11,617 nucleotides of DNA from Candidatus Sumerlaeales bacterium (GTDB lineage Bacteria > Sumerlaeota > Sumerlaeia > Sumerlaeales > Sumerlaeaceae), in the NCBI GenBank assembly GCA_038243585.1, contig JBBSQY010000070.1, forward strand, positions 1 through 11,617, given 5' to 3'. The first letter of the stretch is position 1. Each line of letters opens with the position of its first letter. The notes under the pieces are model-generated. The model did no database searches, was not told the DNA's origin, and was given only the letters and a program-made list of their open reading frames with translations. The translations under genes were made by a program, and so were the position numbers. Shown piece after piece: positions 1 through 5,506 of the stretch.

Positions 1-2887
1 AGTGGTTTACGAGCAGGATTCCGTTCCTGACCGCAATGCCGAAGAGGGTCACAAAACCAACCATACTGGCGATCGACAGTACCGGAGCAATATAGACCCC
101 ACCCAGACCGAACAGGGCGCGGGTATTCGCGAGAATGGAAGGAGATTCCGTCAGGAAGACGGCAAGAATACCGCCAATAAGGGCCAGTGGCAGATTTATC
201 ATCACCAGGACGGCGGCCCGCGTTGAACCTAAAGCCATCTGAAGTAGTATTAGGATCAGCACGATCACACCCGATCCCATAATATAAATGGTTCGACTGG
301 CGGATTGCTGGGCCTCAAATTGTCCGCCATAGTGGACGGAATATCCGTATTTCGCCACTATGGGATCGACTTTCAGCTTTACGGCTTCCACCAGATCGCC
401 GAGGTTGCTTCCGACCGCCACGTTAAGCGAGATGGTGGCCTTGCGTCGACCATTTTCCCGGGCTATCAAATTGGAAGTGCTTTCGACTCCGATGGAGGCC
501 ACGTCTTCAAGCCGTACCAGGGCCCCGTCCCGACCCTGAAGAATGAGATCCCGAACCTGCTCGATTTTTTCTCTTTCATCATCTTCCAGCCGGACAACAA
601 GTTGAAGCCGACGGATCCCTTTGTTAACTTCGGCAACCACGCCACCGCTAAAGGCCAACTCAACCTGCTCGGCCGCTTTCGCGGGACTCAGTCCCCAGCG
701 GGCCAGATCGGCGGGACGAAATTTAATCGGCACCGAGTCGAGTAGAATTTCCCGGTTAGCCGCGACGTCGCGGGTGCCGGGCATGGAAATCAGAGCTCTC
801 TCTATCTCTTTCGCTATGCTGCGGAGTTTTCCAAGGTCGTCGCCAAAAACATTGATTGCGATGGCCGATGGAGTGCCGGACATTACGTGGCTCAGCCTGT
901 GCTCAATCGGCTGACCTATCATCGTGGTGATACCAGGTACGTTGCCCATCACCTCGTCAAGGGCGGCACGCACCTCCTCCTTGGCAAAGCCGGGCTTTAT
1001 AGACACGTCAATTTCTGACGAGCTTACCGGCTCCGCGTGTTCATCGCTTTCCGCGCGGCCCGTGCGCCTTACCACGCTTTTTACACCCGGGATTTCGCCC
1101 ATACGTTCTTCAACCCCAAGCGCTAATCGGTTGCTTTCCTCCAGAGACGTCCCCGGCGGCGCCATCAGGAAAACCGTAAAGCTGCCCTCGTTGAACTCCG
1201 GCAAAAAGCTGCTCCCGAAGGTGGAAGCTAACACAATAGACGCCACGGTGGCCGCCCCCGCCGCCATAAAAAGACTTTTCCTCCAGCGAAGGGCTGTCTT
1301 GAGAACCGGCTCGTAAAACATCTTTATCCAGCGGACCAGCGGACCATCGCCATGGTTGGCACCGCCGCCCAGTTTCCCGCGCAGCAACAGACTGCACAGC
1401 ACTGGCGTAACGGTAAGAGCAACGACGAGTGACGCCAAAATAGACGTGATGTAAGCGATCCCTAACGGCCTGAAAAATCGACCTTCCAGACCCTGAAGAA
1501 ACAGCAGCGGCACAAACACGATAATAATAATAATTGTCGCAAACACTACAGATGATCGTATCTCGTTGCTGGCGGAATAGACCACCTGGAGGTGCGATCG
1601 CTGGTGTTCCACCGCGAGCACGGCATTCTCTCGAAGCCTCCGAAAAACGTTTTCCACATCGATAATGGCGTCATCAACAAGCTCACCAATGGCCACCGCC
1701 AGTCCGCCCAGAGTCATAACATTAATGGAGAGACCCAGCGCCCATAGGATCAACAGGGCCACCGCCAACGACAGCGGCAACGCGGTGAGAGTAATCAGCG
1801 TGGTGCGCGCGTTCATTAAAAACAGCACGAGAATTATCGCGACAAAAATAGCCGCGTCTCTGGCCACATGCAGCACGTTCCGCACTGACAATGAAATAAA
1901 GTCGGACTGCCGCACAATGTGCCGGTTTATGACCATGCCCTCCGGCAGGCCCGGCTCGATCTGGTCCAGAACCTCGTCGATCTTTTCAGTCACCAACAGG
2001 GTATTAGCCCCCGGCGATTTCTGAATGCTGATGACAACTGCGGATTTTCCGCCCTCACTGGATGTGCCGCGTTTTGGCGCGCCAGCGATTACCACCTCGG
2101 CAACCTGCCCAATTGTTACGGGGGCGCCGTCTTGATACTTGATAACGCTCCCGCTGATATCGTCAACGGATTGCACCCGGCCCGACTGGCGAAGCGGTAA
2201 TTCCCGCCCTTCAACATTTGTCAGGTAACCCGCGCTGGCGATACTGTGAGCGTCCCGCGCGGCGTCTTCCACATCCTTAATGGTGAGGCCATAAAGCATC
2301 AGCCTGTCCTGCTTTACGTTTACCTGGTATTCCGGCAGTTCCCCGCCAATCGCAACCACCTGAGTGATACCAGGAATCCCCAGCAACTGGTTTCTTAAAT
2401 CAAACTCGGAAAAACCCCGGAGTTCGAGGTCTGAAACCTCACCCCCCGGCGACGACACGGAAATCAGCATTATCTCGCCGGTGAGGGAACTGATAGGCGC
2501 AATTTCGGCCACGGTGCCTTCAGGTAGATTTTCTCGAGCCCCCGTCAAGCGTTCGGAAACCAACTGGCGCGCGCGATAAATGTCTTCGCCCCAATCGAAT
2601 TCCACCCAGACAAGAGACAAACTCATTGCGCTGGCGCTTCGAATCCGCCGAACCCCCATCAGACCGTTGACCGCGCTTTCGAGCGGCAACGTAACATACT
2701 GTTCAACTTCATCGGCGGCCAGGCCGCGAGCTTCAGTGAGTATGACCACCGTTGGGGCGTTCAGCTCCGGAAACACGTCGACCGGCATCTGGGGGATTTT
2801 CCAGGCAGTAAAACCAAGCAGGAGCAGCGCGGCGGATATAACCAGCCCAGCGTGACTTAAGGAAAAGGCAATCAGCTTTTTCAGCAC
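1..2887 (-). CDS. CusA/CzcA-family heavy-metal efflux RND permease (3' end outside the window; about 962 codons visible)
   Basis: Not in the ORF track, translated by hand in segments that all share one frame. GTG start at 2887 lies 3 nt after the adaptor stop, with GAGGA just upstream. N-terminus MLKKLIAFSL...QMPVDVFPELNAPTVVILTEARGLAADEVEQYVTLPLESAVNG; TM4 LGGLAVAIGELVDDAIIDVENVFRRL; PEFNEGSF; near the window edge SIASMVGFVTLFGIAVRNGILLVNH. Confidence 0.96.
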   Translation of the reverse strand, partial: MLKKLIAFSLSHAGLVISAALLLLGFTAWKIPQMPVDVFPELNAPTVVILTEARGLAADEVEQYVTLPLESAVNGLMGVRRIRSASAMSLSLVWVEFDWGEDIYRARQLVSERLTGARENLPEGTVAEIAPISSLTGEIMLISVSSPGGEVSDLELRGFSEFDLRNQLLGIPGITQVVAIGGELPEYQVNVKQDRLMLYGLTIKDVEDAARDAHSIASAGYLTNVEGRELPLRQSGRVQSVDDISGSVIKYQDGAPVTIGQVAEVVIAGAPKRGTSSEGGKSAVVISIQKSPGANTLLVTEKIDEVLDQIEPGLPEGMVINRHIVRQSDFISLSVRNVLHVARDAAIFVAIILVLFLMNARTTLITLTALPLSLAVALLILWALGLSINVMTLGGLAVAIGELVDDAIIDVENVFRRLRENAVLAVEHQRSHLQVVYSASNEIRSSVVFATIIIIIVFVPLLFLQGLEGRFFRPLGIAYITSILASLVVALTVTPVLCSLLLRGKLGGGANHGDGPLVRWIKMFYEPVLKTALRWRKSLFMAAGAATVASIVLASTFGSSFLPEFNEGSFTVFLMAPPGTSLEESNRLALGVEERMGEIPGVKSVVRRTGRAESDEHAEPVSSSEIDVSIKPGFAKEEVRAALDEVMGNVPGITTMIGQPIEHRLSHVMSGTPSAIAINVFGDDLGKLRSIAKEIERALISMPGTRDVAANREILLDSVPIKFRPADLARWGLSPAKAAEQVELAFSGGVVAEVNKGIRRLQLVVRLEDDEREKIEQVRDLILQGRDGALVRLEDVASIGVESTSNLIARENGRRKATISLNVAVGSNLGDLVEAVKLKVDPIVAKYGYSVHYGGQFEAQQSASRTIYIMGSGVIVLILILLQMALGSTRAAVLVMINLPLALIGGILAVFLTESPSILANTRALFGLGGVYIAPVLSIASMVGFVTLFGIAVRNGILLVNH

Positions 2888-2890
2888 GGA

Positions 2891-4465
2891 TCAGTCCTCT
2901 CCCGGATGGAATGTTCCATCGGCGTGGAAATGTCCGCCTTCGGTGGCTTTTCCGGACCCTGTAAGTTTTAGCTCATAGACGCCGTGAAGAACGACTTCAT
3001 CGCCTTCCATCACACCGGATTTGACCACAACCCACTTGCCATCGTCAACGCCAAGGTCCGCCTCCATCCGTATCGCCTTGTCCGGGTCAGCCGGATCCCG
3101 CAGGAAAAAAATCTTCGTCAGATCGTCCTGGATAATCGCTTCCAAAGGAATCGAAAGCTCCGGATAGGCGGTGCCTTCAATTACGATCTCCGCTTGAGCG
3201 GCGACGCCGGACCTGGTCCATTTTGGCAGATCTTGCCCTGGGGTCGGGGTGACGATAAGGTTGAGAGTTCGCTGCTGGGAGTTGGCCTCTCCGCCAATGG
3301 TTAGCACACCGGTGACGGAAGTCTGCAGATCAAGACTGCCGCCCTGCGGCGGAACGATTACCGCGGACAATCCATTTTGCAGCTTGCCCAGATCGCTTTG
3401 TAGGGCGATACCGCGAAATCTGACAGCGTCCGGATCGACTGTTGTCATTATAAGCGACAAAGAATCCGCGTACGCCCCGTTGCTGCTGTCAATCGTTTGA
3501 ATTACGCCGGGAGCCGAAGCTTTCACCTCCACTCGGTCCACGGTCTGCCAATATGGAACACTCCCATCGGCTGTTTCTACCGATTTAAGAAATTCGTCTT
3601 CCGATACACCAAGAACTGATCGCGCTGTGGCTTCAGATAGCCTATGTTTAAGTTTAGCGGCCTCATATTCGGATAGCTTGGCCGCCAGCGTGGTCTGAAG
3701 CGTAGATGTCGTTCCAAAAGAACCGCTGCCTTCGGTGGCCAGTTGAAGGTATTGCTGCTCCATCTCGGCGCGTTTTTGTCCGGCCTCCGCCACGGCGCTT
3801 CTGGCCCCCGCCACATCCGATCGTGCCTGGGCAAGTTCACTCTGTTTTCCGCCTAACGCCTTTTGAAGCCGTTCCACCTGCTTAAGCCGCTGTTCCGCAA
3901 CCGCAAGCGCCTGCAGAGCACTTTCATTTTGCCCCTCGTCAGCTTCCAGCCGCTTCCGCGCAACATCCACCGCGGACTTAGACCCGCCGCGCGCCACCTG
4001 AGCGGTCATAAGAGCAGCCGATGTCATCCGTACGGCGGCTTCCGCATCAGCAATTTCCTGCTGCAGGCTGCGCCACTCACGAGAATCCAGGAGATAAAGC
4101 GGAGTACCAGTCGTAACCTGTTCATACTGGTCTACGAGCAGCTCAACTTTACCTGGCAATGGGGTCCGATACTCTCGGCGACCCGACGGCTGGCTTTCAA
4201 ATGTTCCCGGAACTCTTAATGTCCTGGAAACGGCACGACTTTCGACTTTGGCAAAAGTGATCCCCAGATTCTGCCGTACGGGCGCGGGAATTTCTATCCG
4301 ATTGGTTATGAGATCTTCTTCGGTTTCCAACGCAGTGTTTTCCGTTTGAGCGGTTGTTTCAGCGCCACTTGAAAGTTCCAGTAGTCGTCTGATTCCGATG
4401 ACGACTATCAACGCCAGTACGACGCCGATTAACACCCGCAAAACAACGGATGGTTTGAGTTTCAT
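2891..4465 (-). CDS. RND efflux periplasmic adaptor (membrane fusion protein, CzcB/CusB-like), about 524 aa
   Basis: N-terminal membrane anchor (VVLRVLIGVVLALIVVIGI), split lipoyl halves (RTPLPGKVELLV...GTPLYLLDS and EVKASAPGVI) around a long coiled coil, and a membrane-proximal motif (LSIPLEAI...LGVDDGKWVVVKSGVMEGDEVVLHG). Lies directly upstream of the permease. Start moved from 4501 to ATG 4465 because AGGAG (4476-4480) sits 10 nt upstream. Confidence 0.92.
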   Translation of the reverse strand: MKLKPSVVLRVLIGVVLALIVVIGIRRLLELSSGAETTAQTENTALETEEDLITNRIEIPAPVRQNLGITFAKVESRAVSRTLRVPGTFESQPSGRREYRTPLPGKVELLVDQYEQVTTGTPLYLLDSREWRSLQQEIADAEAAVRMTSAALMTAQVARGGSKSAVDVARKRLEADEGQNESALQALAVAEQRLKQVERLQKALGGKQSELAQARSDVAGARSAVAEAGQKRAEMEQQYLQLATEGSGSFGTTSTLQTTLAAKLSEYEAAKLKHRLSEATARSVLGVSEDEFLKSVETADGSVPYWQTVDRVEVKASAPGVIQTIDSSNGAYADSLSLIMTTVDPDAVRFRGIALQSDLGKLQNGLSAVIVPPQGGSLDLQTSVTGVLTIGGEANSQQRTLNLIVTPTPGQDLPKWTRSGVAAQAEIVIEGTAYPELSIPLEAIIQDDLTKIFFLRDPADPDKAIRMEADLGVDDGKWVVVKSGVMEGDEVVLHGVYELKLTGSGKATEGGHFHADGTFHPGED

Positions 4466-4473
4466 TAAAATTG

Positions 4474-4636
4474 ATCTCCTGACAGAGCCAAAAAGCCCCA
4501 TCTAAACACGGGAAGTTCATGAGGGAGCAGTGTTTTCTAGGGCCCGACGCACCAAGGCGTGGAAACAAAACAACTGCGCCGATACTTTCTCCGACCATAA
4601 AGGGCGGATAGGATAAACGACTATCTGTTAGGAGAT
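4474..4636 (-). promoter_or_regulatory. Putative translational attenuator: long-range anti-SD/SD helix sequestering the adaptor RBS
   Basis: mRNA 5' arm AUCUCCUAACAGA (4636-4624, covering Ile-Ser-stop of the leader ORF) pairs 12/13 with UCUGUCAGGAGAU (4486-4474, containing the AGGAG SD). An internal helix GCAG(U)UGUUUU / AAAACACUGC (4577-4567 / 4536-4527) shortens the loop. Confidence 0.7.
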
Positions 4637-5134
4637 GGCGGGGGGAGCACGAAGCTGCGGCGGCGGCCCGGAAGACAGGCTTCGCCAGTGTTGCTTATCA
4701 TCACGGGGCCAGTTGACACCCTGAGGAATGGTACAAAACGTTTCGATTCGGGCTAAAAGCACCACAAACAGTGAAGCATTAAAAAATTGGGGTGCCGGTT
4801 TCCTAATCTTCGAAAATTCAAGATGATCAGTCGCCGTGTGATGTTGATGTTGGGATGAATGCTCCGAATCGCAGGCCGGTTCCCCCTGATGATTATCATC
4901 TACGGGAGAATGTGAATCGTGGTCATCAGTTTCAAAATGCTGAAAGTCCGATTGATGATTATGACCGTGATAGTGCGTTTCATGCTCATCAAAGATGACA
5001 TGAGCAAAACTGGCCGCCTGCGACAATGGCAGTATCAACGCCATAAAGATTCCAAGGAGCAACCGCAGCTTGCATTGACGGCCTGCCCGCTTCAATTTTC
5101 CAAGGGAAAAAAATATTTTGGATGTGCTTGGCAT
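4628..5134 (-). CDS. His-rich exported leader protein with C-terminal RAPP arrest motif (CutF/CruR/DUF2946-like architecture)
   Basis: 168 aa. Basic n-region plus hydrophobic h-region (LLLGIFMALILPLSQAASFA), 15 His in residues 45-104, a second hydrophobic stretch at 117-128, and the ending GPPPQLRAPPAIS*. Same strand as, and immediately upstream of, the metal-efflux genes. Confidence 0.82.
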   Translation of the reverse strand: MPSTSKIFFSLGKLKRAGRQCKLRLLLGIFMALILPLSQAASFAHVIFDEHETHYHGHNHQSDFQHFETDDHDSHSPVDDNHQGEPACDSEHSSQHQHHTATDHLEFSKIRKPAPQFFNASLFVVLLARIETFCTIPQGVNWPRDDKQHWRSLSSGPPPQLRAPPAIS

Positions 5135-5140
5135 TGATAA

Positions 5141-5146
5141 AGATTA
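5141..5146 (-). promoter_or_regulatory. Putative sigma70-type -10 element (TAATCT) for a leaderless leader-ORF transcript
   Basis: TAATCT-TTATCA-ATG(5134), with no SD upstream. The same layout precedes polA and the prenyl synthase gene. Confidence 0.55.
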
Positions 5147-5455
5147 ATTTGTTTAAAAAATGACACCGGTAAAAAATTCTGTTACGCTCGTTTTTACTTC
5201 AGACATAAGTTGAACCTGAGCCGATTCTGCGGGTAGTTATATTAGGGTATTACAAGAGCGTAACTGCAACTGTGTCGATTATCACCTCTCCGCCCTTAAG
5301 TTCCCGTGCGGGAATTCCATCGCCTACATTCCCGTAACAGAACTACAGCCTTGAACAATACAGACATACCCCGCCAGCCCGACCCCAAAACTCATTAAGT
5401 AATTAATAGAACAGGTTAAACCACTCCAGAACCACCGCTTACATATTAATTAATT

Positions 5456-5492
5456 AAAAAAAAGGAGGCCTGTGGATAATTCCGCAATCCCT
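5456..5492 (-). terminator. Possible intrinsic terminator after polA
   Basis: Starting about 15 nt after the polA stop, an imperfect hairpin (AGGGAUUGCGGA-AUUA-UCCACAGGCCUCC) is followed by a U8 tract (A8 at 5456-5463). The stem has mismatches. Confidence 0.4.
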
Positions 5493-5506
5493 GATTTCAT
5501 GTCGCG

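Noticed and set aside
2..2855. Many short ORFs on the + strand and in alternative minus frames (e.g. 305-745, 924-1316, 1110-1397)
   Set aside because: Shadows of the RND permease frame, which the track missed because it has no stop inside the window.
4466..4501. Track start of the adaptor at 4501
   Set aside because: No SD there. ATG 4465 has AGGAG at suitable spacing and gives a normal basic-then-hydrophobic N-terminus.
4359..4598. 79-aa minus-strand ORF across the leader-adaptor spacer
   Set aside because: No SD or recognisable motif, overlaps the adaptor start out of frame, and the region is better explained as structured RNA.
5135..5506. Possible oriC, tRNA or CRISPR array in the AT-rich intergenic region
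   Set aside because: Only one DnaA box, no cloverleaf or T-loop motif, and no repeat-spacer periodicity.
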